DNA of 63,416 nt, filler included, from Reclinomonas americana ATCC 50394 (Eukaryota), in assembly GCA_048213135.1 (NCBI GenBank). It is 11 parts of 4 records of this genome, joined end to end, with 100 filler letters (N's around TTAATTAATTAA, not from the genome) between each part and the next. Parts side by side here need not be neighbours in the genome. Positions count along the whole stretch, not along the records: positions 1 to 23,265 come from PS015765.1; 10 more parts are not named here. The stretch is one strand, 5' to 3'. A program made the position numbers and the translations under genes. Every line of letters starts with the position of its first letter. Position 1 is the first letter of the stretch. The notes below the pieces were generated by a model, which had not been told where the DNA came from, did not search any database, and saw only the letters and a program-made list of their open reading frames with translations. Shown here one piece after another: positions 11,692-20,720 of the stretch.

Positions 11692-11945
11692 CGCAACCGG
11701 CAACCAGCGGAACCGCTCCGGCTCCTCGCTATGGTCAGGCCCCGATCAATGTCGGGCTTGAGACGATACGGTATGGAGCCTGGAAGCCGAGCGTCCCGAA
11801 GCGGACGAGGTCCAAAGCCAGGCGTTCAACCGCATCGTTGTCTGTGGTGGCGTCATGTCGCGCAGGCTGGCTGCTGGACGCATCGGCATGCATGGCGAAG
11901 CATTTAGATGGCCTAAAGGAGATGGCGCCCATTTCCCGCATGCCG

Positions 11946-14189
11946 CTACGCGATCGAGGCCATCATCCCGTCGTAGTGCGCGGGCGCGAGCTCCTTGATC
12001 ATTTCCAGAAGATAGGCTGCATTTTTCTGGCTCTCCTGAACGAGCCCCGGTTCAAAGCCTTGGCCGGTCCGGTGCGACAAGTCGTTCGAGAATTTGTAGA
12101 TCGCAGACTTCTTGGCCTCATCAAAGGTGACGGAGTTGAGCTTCGCATGCAGCTTTTCGGGTGCGGGTGCCTGAAAGTCGAGGAAGGTCTCAAGCACCTT
12201 TCGAACCACATTGGGGATGTGATAGCAGCCGGCGATCGTGCCGTCGTTTTGGAAGCGCGCGAGAACCTTGAACAGGAAGTGGTACTCCGTCGGGTGATCG
12301 ATCAGCGCTTTGTCCAACGCGCCGATGGTCGACGTGCGGCTGTCGGCGTCCGTGCGGCAAACCAGCATATAGAACGCGTTCTTGCGCTCGGCTCTTGGCA
12401 AGGTCTGGAGCCAATTTAGGAGCAACCGGAGAAAGCTGAAGTTATGCGTGAGGATGAAAACCTGCTTCGCGCCTTTAACGGCAGCCTTCAGGAAGCCGAA
12501 CGCCTGGTAGACCGAGCTTGCGTCTAGGCTGGATACCGGATCGTCGATGACGACAATGCCATCGGCTAGGTCGAAATCTTGATCCTCCAGCTGCACGATG
12601 AAGTAGATGAACGCGATCGCAGTTCGCTCTCCTTCGCTCAGTCGCTTGGCAACCCTGCCGTTCCGTAGGACTCGATAGCCCTCGTCGCTTGAGTTGAAGA
12701 CCAACTCGCTGCGGCCAAGGAAAGCGTGAAGCAGCTTCGTCAGCCGCTCGCCGGCCTTATGCGCATTCGAGATCTGGGCGCGCTTCTCTGCTGTAGAGGT
12801 CTGGAGTGCCTCTAGGCTCGGCTTCCCCTCGGCCGGCGACCCCTCGGTTGCGAGCGTGATCTGATCCTGCTTGTCGCGGATCTTCTGATCATAATCCGCG
12901 ACGTCGGCCTTGATGCTGGTCAGGTAGTGCTGCTCGATCTCGGCCCGTGCCTTGTCGCTTGCCTGCCCAAGCCCCGCCGTCTTTTCATTCTGATCCTTGA
13001 TTACGGCCGCGAGCGCCGCATGGGCTTCCGCGACTGCCGATAGGTCGACCTCCAGGTCGAAAGAAAGGGCCTCCGTCCTGGCGGCTAGCTTGGCGGCTAG
13101 GCGCTCCAGGACCGCTTGCACCTGCCGGTCAGCTTCCTGCTTGGCCGCTTGCCAAGCCGCAACCGCAGCGTCGTAGCGGTCCCGCAAGTCGCTGTAGAGC
13201 GCGAGCCGATCGGGAAGCACTACGGCATTGAGTGGCGCCATGAGGGCACCGATTGACGCCGCGCACGCTTCGATTGCCGACTTGAGTGCCTGGTCTTCGG
13301 TGCTGAAGTGAGCCTCAAGTCGGCTCCATCGCTCCGTCGGAACCGGTTGGCCGCAGAATTCGCAGTCGGTACTGCCATGTTGTCTGTGGAGCGCGTGCCC
13401 TTGTTCGACCCACGAGGCGATGTCGGGATGATCTCGCAGGCGCTGGATTGCATCCGAGATCGCCGACCGACTGCAAAGACTCGATGCTTCCTGCAGCAGG
13501 GAACTGACTGCGACCGTCATTGGAACGGCGCTGTCCCCGACCGTGACCTGTAGCTCGCTTGGGGAGGCGACATCGTCCATAGGCTCCTGCCGGAGCGTCG
13601 CGCGGCGGAGTTCGAGGTCCGCCGCAGAGAGCGTCAAGTCGGCCGTTAGCTTTACGAATGCGGCCTCGGCGTTGTTCTTTCGATAATTGCGAACCGTGCT
13701 GCCACTGGTAGCCTCGCTGATCGTCTTCGCTATCGCGGTGAAGACCTTGCCGCGGCTCGTCTCCAAGGTGCTGATCGCGTCCTTCGCGGCGTTGATCAGC
13801 TGCGTTCGACTGGAAATTTCGGCCTGTTCGATCACCAGCTCGTCAGCGATCGCCTTGTTTTCCTCGCCGACGACCAGGATCGGCTTGAGCGCGCCATCGA
13901 TGGGTCCAATGTTGAGCTGGACGTAGTCGGCATTGAAGACGCGGACCCTTCGGTGTGCCGCCCGACCATGAACGATGTCGCCGGATTCGCTCTCGATTCT
14001 GTATTCGAGCGTCGGATAGTCGTCGTGCGCGCCGACCCCCAAGCATTCGAATAGGCGGGAGAGCGTCGTCTTCCCCGAGCCGTTGTCTCCATAGATGAGA
14101 TTGTATCGCTCGAATTTCGGAAGCTGTGCGCCCCAGGTGTAGTCCGCAAATACGCCCAGATTTTTCAATCTGCCGACTTTAGTGAGCAT
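11946..14189 (-). CDS. RloC-like AAA_13 ABC-ATPase with zinc hook and C-terminal HEPN-type domain (747 aa)
   Basis: Walker A GDNGSGKTT, coiled coil with CEFC hook, signature LSEGE, Walker B VVIDDPVSSLD, LTHN, C-terminal NVVRKVLETFLDF...SNDLSH; G-rich RBS before ATG 14189. Confidence 0.8.
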   Translation of the reverse strand: MLTKVGRLKNLGVFADYTWGAQLPKFERYNLIYGDNGSGKTTLSRLFECLGVGAHDDYPTLEYRIESESGDIVHGRAAHRRVRVFNADYVQLNIGPIDGALKPILVVGEENKAIADELVIEQAEISSRTQLINAAKDAISTLETSRGKVFTAIAKTISEATSGSTVRNYRKNNAEAAFVKLTADLTLSAADLELRRATLRQEPMDDVASPSELQVTVGDSAVPMTVAVSSLLQEASSLCSRSAISDAIQRLRDHPDIASWVEQGHALHRQHGSTDCEFCGQPVPTERWSRLEAHFSTEDQALKSAIEACAASIGALMAPLNAVVLPDRLALYSDLRDRYDAAVAAWQAAKQEADRQVQAVLERLAAKLAARTEALSFDLEVDLSAVAEAHAALAAVIKDQNEKTAGLGQASDKARAEIEQHYLTSIKADVADYDQKIRDKQDQITLATEGSPAEGKPSLEALQTSTAEKRAQISNAHKAGERLTKLLHAFLGRSELVFNSSDEGYRVLRNGRVAKRLSEGERTAIAFIYFIVQLEDQDFDLADGIVVIDDPVSSLDASSVYQAFGFLKAAVKGAKQVFILTHNFSFLRLLLNWLQTLPRAERKNAFYMLVCRTDADSRTSTIGALDKALIDHPTEYHFLFKVLARFQNDGTIAGCYHIPNVVRKVLETFLDFQAPAPEKLHAKLNSVTFDEAKKSAIYKFSNDLSHRTGQGFEPGLVQESQKNAAYLLEMIKELAPAHYDGMMASIA

Positions 14190-14358
14190 CGATCCCCCCG
14201 ATCCGACAGCCTCTTCGAGCCGTTGCCTGATCAGATTGGCAGATGTCATATCAGCGTGCCAGCGCTCTATCGTCTGTTGGGGCGGACGCGAGTCATGGGG
14301 AGAGGTTACAGGAGGACCTGCCGCATGCACATTTACCTCGACATCGAGACCAAGCGCC

Positions 14359-15750
14359 TCAGGCGGCCGCGACGAGTTGCGACTGAAGATAGTCGCGGTA
14401 GCTCGCCAGGGACGGGCTGACGATCTGGATCTCGGCCACCAGGGCGTCGAATTCCTGAAGCGTGGCGGCGTAGGTTCGGCCCGGTGCGTCGGGCTCATTT
14501 CCCCGCAAGCGCCCCCAGATCGCCTGGTCGATCTGTCCGCGAATGTCGGGGTCGAGTAGATCAGGCCGCTCGAAATAGATCATACGCCGGGCCAGCTTCT
14601 TCAGCCGCGGGTCTTGGAAGCGATCGATCAGCGCCGGCCGATCCTGCCAGGCGGCGGCATGGAATCGCCGGCACAAATCCTCGTCCCAGTCTTGGATGAA
14701 GCCCTCGTAGATCTGGAACTCGACGTATTTTGACTTCGGCCAGACCCTCTCGGAGGCTATGGCTGCAGTGACCAGGCGCTGAACAAAAGCCGTGTCTCCG
14801 CCCACATCGGCGGCCCTCGTCTCCAGATCAGCCTCGGTGAAGTCGCCGAGCAGGGCGTGATCAATCTCCCAAAGCTCGGCGAGGATCGGCGAGCCATTGG
14901 CCTTCATGCGCAATACCGGCCCATCGGGCTTTCCGACCTCGATCATCAACTCCGCCGACGACATCCGCCGAAGCGCGGCGAGGTCCGCCGTCAGGTCCAG
15001 GCAGTAGCGAACGTTCTTGTCGGTGGGCTTGAAGCCGATCGCTGTTACCGGGTGAATGTCCTGGACGCCCCTCTTGAACTCGAACACCGCGAACGCATTA
15101 CGTTCGGCGATAAAGCTCAGAACCTCGGCCTTATTTGAGAACCGCATGAAGCTCGACCACAGGATTGGCGCTTCAGCAGCGATCAGCCGGCAAAGCGCCA
15201 GAGTAGTCGCGACGTCGGCAGACGCGGTGTGCGATTGACCGGGATGGATTCCGTTGGCCTGGGCGAGGTCGGCTAGGCGGAACACACGCCGGCCGTCCGG
15301 ACCTCGGATAGTCTTGAGAACGTCGGGCTGCAAGGTCCCAACCACCCGCGCCAGCTTGATAAGGTCGCCGCGCGAATTGCCATCCCTGTTTGTGACGTAG
15401 ATCGGCGCCCGCAGGGACTCGTAGAAGGCTTGGCGCAGGACCTCTTCGTCATAGCTGATTGAGTTGAACCCTATGAACATCGACGGGGTCCAACGCTTCA
15501 TCGTATCGTAGATGCCGCCCAGCATGGCGTCGTAGGACGGCCGCAATGGGTCGATCAGGTTCGCGTAGTGGTGGCCCGTGACATGCAGGGCGCCGGGTGA
15601 GGGCAGGATGTGGGGGCGTAGGCGCCCCTCGAATTCGACCTGCTCCTGCACCTCAAGGCTCGCGTCGGTGTGGACCGCGGCGAACTGCAGAATCTGGTCG
15701 AACCGTTTGTTGAGGCCCGTGGTCTCGAGGTCATAGATCACGAAGCCCAT
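14359..15750 (-). CDS. Exonuclease I (SbcB-like DEDDh 3'-5' ssDNA exonuclease)
   Basis: YDLETTG...DQILQFAA, GFNSISYDEE, HTASADV, C-terminal F(Q)DPRL; 463 aa. Confidence 0.85.
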   Translation of the reverse strand: MGFVIYDLETTGLNKRFDQILQFAAVHTDASLEVQEQVEFEGRLRPHILPSPGALHVTGHHYANLIDPLRPSYDAMLGGIYDTMKRWTPSMFIGFNSISYDEEVLRQAFYESLRAPIYVTNRDGNSRGDLIKLARVVGTLQPDVLKTIRGPDGRRVFRLADLAQANGIHPGQSHTASADVATTLALCRLIAAEAPILWSSFMRFSNKAEVLSFIAERNAFAVFEFKRGVQDIHPVTAIGFKPTDKNVRYCLDLTADLAALRRMSSAELMIEVGKPDGPVLRMKANGSPILAELWEIDHALLGDFTEADLETRAADVGGDTAFVQRLVTAAIASERVWPKSKYVEFQIYEGFIQDWDEDLCRRFHAAAWQDRPALIDRFQDPRLKKLARRMIYFERPDLLDPDIRGQIDQAIWGRLRGNEPDAPGRTYAATLQEFDALVAEIQIVSPSLASYRDYLQSQLVAAA

Positions 15751-15762
15751 CGACGCGCCCGC

Positions 15763-16275
15763 CTATGACCGTTGGATCCGATAGACCAGGGCGCTGGCGC
15801 TGACGTTGAAACGCTTCGCTAGGGCCTGCACCGCCTCGTCGTCCTCCAGGTCGAGGGTTCGCTCATCGAGCGCGGCAGCGAGCAAGGGTTCTGGGATCAA
15901 GAGTTCTGCGGCGAAGTTGTTCGCCTCGATCTCCCGGTCGTCTATGCCTTGGGACGCCAACGTGTCGCGACGGAGGATGCCTTTGTCGACATGAACGCCC
16001 TCCGCCTCCAGGACATGACGGTGGAGGATCACGTGGCCAAGTTCATGCGCCAAGGTGAACCGCTTGCGGGTCGGCGCATGAAGGGAGTTCACGCCGATCA
16101 TTGCCTGGCCGTTTTTGATAAAGGCCATGCCGGACAATTCGCCGTCGAACGGCGCGTATTGCACGATGGCGCCGGCCGCGCGGGCGATGCGGTCGAGAGG
16201 CACGGGCGCGGATTTGACCGCGTTGGCCTCAAAGAGCCGCAAGGCTTCCGCCCTGGCTTTCACCTTATCGGCCAT
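15763..16275 (-). CDS. ImmA/IrrE family Zn metallopeptidase (CapP-like), 170 aa
   Basis: RKRFTLAHELGH (HExxH), EIEANNFAAELLIP, LAKRFNVS. Confidence 0.9.
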   Translation of the reverse strand: MADKVKARAEALRLFEANAVKSAPVPLDRIARAAGAIVQYAPFDGELSGMAFIKNGQAMIGVNSLHAPTRKRFTLAHELGHVILHRHVLEAEGVHVDKGILRRDTLASQGIDDREIEANNFAAELLIPEPLLAAALDERTLDLEDDEAVQALAKRFNVSASALVYRIQRS

Positions 16276-16277
16276 GG

Positions 16278-16604
16278 TCAGCGCTTCCCGGCGATCTGAA
16301 CGAACCGCTGCACCGCGGCGTGCTGCTGGTCGCTGAGCTGGCTTCCGTGCGTAGTGATCGGCGCCTCGTCGTCGGCGAAGACGAACGTCTCTGGAATCAG
16401 ATCGAGAACAGATGGGCATTCGAGCGCGTTGGCTAGCCGAAAGACGTGGTGCATGAGGACTTTCTGACGGCCGGTTTCGATATTGGCCAGCGACGCGCGA
16501 GTCAGGCCGATCTGCGCGGCGATCTCTGCTTGGGTCTTGCCGAGCTTGCCGCGCACGCGCGCGACATTCCGGCCAAGCTGCCGGTAAACTTCCATGTCGT
16601 CCAT
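16278..16604 (-). CDS. XRE-family HTH repressor (CapH-like)
   Basis: KTQAEIAAQIGLTRASLANIETGRQK; stop is 2 nt upstream of the peptidase ATG. Confidence 0.9.
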   Translation of the reverse strand: MDDMEVYRQLGRNVARVRGKLGKTQAEIAAQIGLTRASLANIETGRQKVLMHHVFRLANALECPSVLDLIPETFVFADDEAPITTHGSQLSDQQHAAVQRFVQIAGKR

Positions 16605-16610
16605 AGGAAC

Positions 16611-16722
16611 ATAATGACAACCTCGTGAAGCGATGTCAATCCGGCTGACATTCAATGTGCTTTTCATAAACAATTCCGCTTAATTTGGTGTGTGTTGTTG
16701 ACTTTCCTGCGAGTCGCTGTCA
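16611..16722. promoter_or_regulatory. Divergent promoter region with two TGAC-N16-GTCA boxes
   Basis: Minus strand TTGACA(16639-34)-17 nt-CATTAT(16616-11)-6 nt-ATG. Boxes at 16615-16638 and 16699-16722. Plus-strand TTGACT at 16698. Confidence 0.6.
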
Positions 16723-16781
16723 CTCCTATTGTCGCGGGCCGGCATCGCGGCCCTTTCACACCAAGATCGAGGTATCCACCC

Positions 16782-17489
16782 ATGACCCAACTCATTCCCC
16801 AGGAGGAGGACGCCCTCGACCGCGACGCCGCCGGCGTTTTCTCGGTCGAACTCGGCGACGAAACTTTCGAGTTCCGCCGCGTGCGCTTCGACGATCGCAA
16901 GGTCGTCGGCCTGCAGATTGCTGAAGCCGCCGGCGCCCATCCGATCGAAGCGTTTGCCATCCTGCGCCATCTGCGCTCGGGCGAGCTGGAGTCGATCCGC
17001 CCCAGCGAGCCAGTCGACCTGGGTGAAGCGGGTGTGGAGCGGTTCTTCGTGATCCGCGGCGACGACCTCCACCGCTTCACGGTGGAGGGCCTGTCCATGG
17101 AGTGGCCTAAGGCGAAGCTGGCCGCCAAGAACATCAAGTTCCTGGCCAAGGCCGCCGACGGCCAAGTGTTGGTCCTCGACGCCGAGGACGGCGACGTCGT
17201 CCTCGACGACGACGATCTGGTGGACCTGGCCGCCAAGGGCGTGGAGCGGCTGATGCTGCGCCGCCCGCCCAAGACGGTGACGGTCTACTACAAAGAAGCG
17301 CCATTCGAACTGGAGCGCGGCGCCTACACCACCGAGCAGCTGATCGCGGTGTTCTCGGTGCCGGCCGGCTACCTGCTCGACCTGATCGAGCGGGACGGCG
17401 AGTTTCGCGAACTGAAGCCCGGCGAGTCGATCAAGATCCGCGAGGGTCTGGAGTTCTCGTCGCACCCGCCGGTGGGGCACTCGTCGTGA
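16782..17489 (+). CDS. Multi-ubiquitin-like protein, three beta-grasp repeats (BilA/BubA type)
   Basis: Three ~70-aa repeats ending VDLGEAGVERF, VDLAAKGVERL and IKIREGLEFSS; C-terminus PPVG-HSS; GAGG RBS. Confidence 0.85.
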   Translation: MTQLIPQEEDALDRDAAGVFSVELGDETFEFRRVRFDDRKVVGLQIAEAAGAHPIEAFAILRHLRSGELESIRPSEPVDLGEAGVERFFVIRGDDLHRFTVEGLSMEWPKAKLAAKNIKFLAKAADGQVLVLDAEDGDVVLDDDDLVDLAAKGVERLMLRRPPKTVTVYYKEAPFELERGAYTTEQLIAVFSVPAGYLLDLIERDGEFRELKPGESIKIREGLEFSSHPPVGHSS

Positions 17490-17818
17490 GGGACCCGGCG
17501 CTGGAACTGCGCAAGCTGCGTCGGATCTGCCGCCGGGCCGAAATCCATGAAGATGGCGGGCAACCGCTAGTCCATCTTCCGGAGTTGCGAGTCCAGTATG
17601 CGGGCGGGATGGAGACGGTCGATGGCCTTCTCTGCCCCGGCCAGCACAGCGGCTACGTCTCGCGGCTTTTCCTGTCGAAGCCCTTTCCCGCCCGCGGCCA
17701 GAACTGGACCACCCACAACATCCTTGGCGCGCCTTGGCACGCCATGTCGTGGAACGGCGTTGATCCCAGCCTCGGCTGGGACGAAATCCTGGGCGCCCAT
17801 CTGAGGCCTCTGCAATGA
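17486..17818 (+). CDS. Small prokaryotic E2-like protein (BilB type)
   Basis: GTGA overlap with the Ubl gene; LLCP...GYVSRLF...WHAMSWN...ILGAHL; lies between Ubl and JAB genes. Confidence 0.7.
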   Translation: MRDPALELRKLRRICRRAEIHEDGGQPLVHLPELRVQYAGGMETVDGLLCPGQHSGYVSRLFLSKPFPARGQNWTTHNILGAPWHAMSWNGVDPSLGWDEILGAHLRPLQ

Positions 17819-18330
17819 CCGTGCACCTGAAGATCGACGGCCGGCTGCTGGACGATGTCCGCAAGGACCTGCGCCGACCGCATCCCTTCGCCCACGAACG
17901 CGTGGGCTTCTTCATCGCCGGCGCGGCCGCCCTGGGCGACCGGCTGCTGCTGACGATCCGCGGCTACACGCCAGTCGCCGACGAAGATTATGAGATCGAC
18001 CGCAAGGTCGGCGCTAAGATCGGCTCGGCGGCGATGCGCAAGGCGGTGCAGTCGGCCTACAGACCGGCGGCGGCGCTCCTGCACGTCCATACCCACGGAG
18101 GCCGCGGCAAGCCCGGCTTCAGCCGCGTGGATCTGAACAGTGCTGATGACTTCGTCCCCGGCTTTTTCGAAACCAGCCCGCGCATGCCGCACGGCCTGCT
18201 CGTCCTCAGCAACGACGCGGCCCACGGCCTCTTGTGGCTCGCCAACGACCGGGCGCCGGTCGCCATCGACCAATTCCAACGCATCGACGCGCCCCTGCAG
18301 CGCGAATGGGGGTCCCATGTCTTGGCTTGA
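17815..18330 (+). CDS. JAB/MPN+ metallo-isopeptidase (BilC type)
   Basis: HERVGF glutamate and HVHTH...FSRVD (HxH-x7-S-x2-D) motif; ATGA overlap. Confidence 0.85.
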   Translation: MTVHLKIDGRLLDDVRKDLRRPHPFAHERVGFFIAGAAALGDRLLLTIRGYTPVADEDYEIDRKVGAKIGSAAMRKAVQSAYRPAAALLHVHTHGGRGKPGFSRVDLNSADDFVPGFFETSPRMPHGLLVLSNDAAHGLLWLANDRAPVAIDQFQRIDAPLQREWGSHVLA

Positions 18331-19234
18331 TCGACAAAACTTCCTTGGCGCGGACAGCGACGCCAGATTGGCTTCGGCGACCGTCGGCCTGGTGGGGCTC
18401 GGCGGCGGCAATTCCCACGTGGTCCAACAATTGGCCCACCTAGGGATCGGCGGCTTCATACTGCTCGACGACGACATCATCACCCTGACCAATCTCAACA
18501 GGTTGGTCGGCGGGACCTTGGACGACGTCCGGGCGGAGCGGCCGAAGATCGAGATCGCGGCGCGCGTAATCCGGGCGGTCAATCCGGACGCCCGCATCGT
18601 GATGCGCAAGGCCAAGTGGCAGGAGGTCGGTGACCTCTTGAAGGGCTGTGACATCATCGTGGGCGGCCTCGACCACATCGGCTCTAAGGACGAACTGGAG
18701 GCCTTCTGCCGCCGCTTTATGATCCCGTACATCGACATGGGGATGGACGTTACGCCTTTGCCCGGTGCCGGCCAAAGCCTGGTCAGCGGGCAGGTGGTGT
18801 TGTCCATGCCGGGGGAGCCCTGCCTGCGATGCCTGCAGTTGGTCACCGACGAGCGGCTGAAGGTGGAGGCGCAGCGCTATGGCGTCGCCGGCAGCCGGCC
18901 GCAGGTGGTCTGGCCGAATGGCCTGATGGCGTCGACCGCCGCTGGCCTCGTGGTCCAGTTGCTGACGCCCTGGATGTCTGATCCGCCCCGCAGCGCCTAT
19001 TTCGCCTACGACGCCAACCTGGGCACGGTGGCCCCCTCGGACCGCCTAGCCCGGCGGCGTGGCAAGCCTTGCCCTCACTACCCGGCCAAGGCGGTCGGAG
19101 ATCCGATGTTCGACGTTCGCCGCTATCTCGAACGCCTCGACCAGCCCGCGTCAGTCGAACAGCCGGTCAGCGTCCCGGTTTCTCGCGTGGCCCTTTTGCT
19201 CGACTGGATCCGCAAGCGTTTTGGTCGCGTATAA
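18317..19234 (+). CDS. ThiF/E1-like adenylating enzyme (BilD type), 305 aa
   Basis: VGLGGGNS, DDD..TNLNRL, KIEIA, IPYID, PCLRC; overlaps the JAB stop. Confidence 0.9.
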   Translation: MSWLDRQNFLGADSDARLASATVGLVGLGGGNSHVVQQLAHLGIGGFILLDDDIITLTNLNRLVGGTLDDVRAERPKIEIAARVIRAVNPDARIVMRKAKWQEVGDLLKGCDIIVGGLDHIGSKDELEAFCRRFMIPYIDMGMDVTPLPGAGQSLVSGQVVLSMPGEPCLRCLQLVTDERLKVEAQRYGVAGSRPQVVWPNGLMASTAAGLVVQLLTPWMSDPPRSAYFAYDANLGTVAPSDRLARRRGKPCPHYPAKAVGDPMFDVRRYLERLDQPASVEQPVSVPVSRVALLLDWIRKRFGRV

Positions 19235-19446
19235 GGTGAATAAGCCGGGCGCTGTCGAACTCGCCCCTGATGCGGGTCAAGCCGCCTGAGGTGCAGGCTG
19301 CCGCTCGTGCAGGAAATCGGCCGCCTGCTGGGCATGAGTAGCGGCGGTTAAGATGAATCGCTTGTCGTCTTTCAACACCTAGAGTCGAATCGTACCGAAA
19401 GGTCGAGTGAGATGGCGTCGGCTCGAACGCAGAGAAAGGCTTTCCC

Positions 19447-20133
19447 CTACGACGCTTCCCCCTTTCTCGTGATGAACTTGAAGTCCGTCCGTCCGGCTTT
19501 CATTGCCAAATCGAGAAGGTGTTTCTGGAAGTCGGGAAGCTTCGCTTCTGTCACCGCCACGGCGCCGAGAGCTTCACAATAGGCGATCCCGAGATGGACG
19601 GTCTGACCGAGGAAGTTGAGGAACCGCGTCATGTCGGGCGGATAGGCCAGATCGGTGTCGCTCTCGAAAATCCTATGCCGTTCGCCATCGACATATGTGT
19701 TGATGGCGGTTTCCAGGACCGCGTAGCCGAGGAACACACCTGCGCCCTCCTTGGGCTCGGCCAACAGCGCGTTAAGCTCCGGCCGCCATTCGATCGCCTT
19801 GCGGCAAAGCGCGGGGTTCACGTGACCCACGGCGATGTTGCGGATGTACTTGGCAAACTCGAATCTGCGCTTGTGCGCGGTGATCAAGTCGCCAAGCTCG
19901 GGGTGCGCTTGGTAGAGGGCCCGGCTGATCCCCTCCAGGTCGCTGACATTGGCGCAGGTCACCAGCAGCTGCTTGATGAGGATGAGGCGGGTCGCGGGGT
20001 CGCTCGGGCCCGCCTCAAGATCGCGGTCCCCCGCGATAAGATCGGCGTGAGCCAAGCGCGCTGAGATCGCGATTTGTATGAAGTCCACGACGCTCGCCCC
20101 CGATGTCCGATCAGACCGCCTTGTGTCCGCCAC
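19447..20133 (-). CDS. Putative HEPN-domain protein
   Basis: Helical 228-aa ORF with KYIRNIAVGH (R-x5-H); lies in the defence island. Confidence 0.55.
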   Translation of the reverse strand: MADTRRSDRTSGASVVDFIQIAISARLAHADLIAGDRDLEAGPSDPATRLILIKQLLVTCANVSDLEGISRALYQAHPELGDLITAHKRRFEFAKYIRNIAVGHVNPALCRKAIEWRPELNALLAEPKEGAGVFLGYAVLETAINTYVDGERHRIFESDTDLAYPPDMTRFLNFLGQTVHLGIAYCEALGAVAVTEAKLPDFQKHLLDLAMKAGRTDFKFITRKGEAS

Positions 20134-20423
20134 GGGTCGAAGTGGCTCCTTTAGCCTAGTGCCCGTAATGTCCGCCTACTGGCAAGACTCCAATGTCTGC
20201 AGTTGGCGCGACGCGGCCACTGCGGGCGGCCGATCTGAGAAGGCCCAGCAGACAATAATGCCTTCGAAATGGGGAGATTGAGACCACCATTACGGGCTAT
20301 TCGGCACCATTCGAGGATACTCAAACGCCCTATTGATACTGCATAACGAGCCGTATAACTTCGTCATTATGATCGGCGTAAGGCTTTGAAATCAAACGCG
20401 ATGGTTCTTTGGAGCTTCCTCCT

Positions 20424-20436
20424 TTCGGGCGCGCCA
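20424..20436 (+). mobile_element. Possible att site: duplicated 3' end of tRNA-Arg
   Basis: TTCGGGCGCGCCA matches the 3' end of alphaproteobacterial tRNA-Arg(ACG) as recalled; no full tRNA upstream; sits at the island/core boundary. Confidence 0.45.
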
Positions 20437-20720
20437 CTTCGTTACAGATCTGCGAACTTCCTGCACATTGGCGGGGCCTTCCTTGAAGGCCTGCGCCAGC
20501 ACATGGGTGTTGCCAACGAGACGGACAACGCCGCCAACGTAAGACGGTCAGCCTGAGCGGCCGCTCGATCGTGGTTTCCAGTCAGGAAGACGGATTCTTC
20601 GACATCCTCGACGAATGCACGCATTCGGGAACGCCCTTGAGCTAGGGCACGCTCGTCAGCTTGATTTCGACGCGGAACCAGCTGACGCTCTGGCGGTTGC
20701 GCCGCCGAACGCGATCGCGA

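Noticed and set aside
14190..14498. N-terminal extension of the RloC-like ORF (850 aa)
   Set aside because: It overlaps the ExoI 3' end; the family-typical start with an RBS is at 14189.
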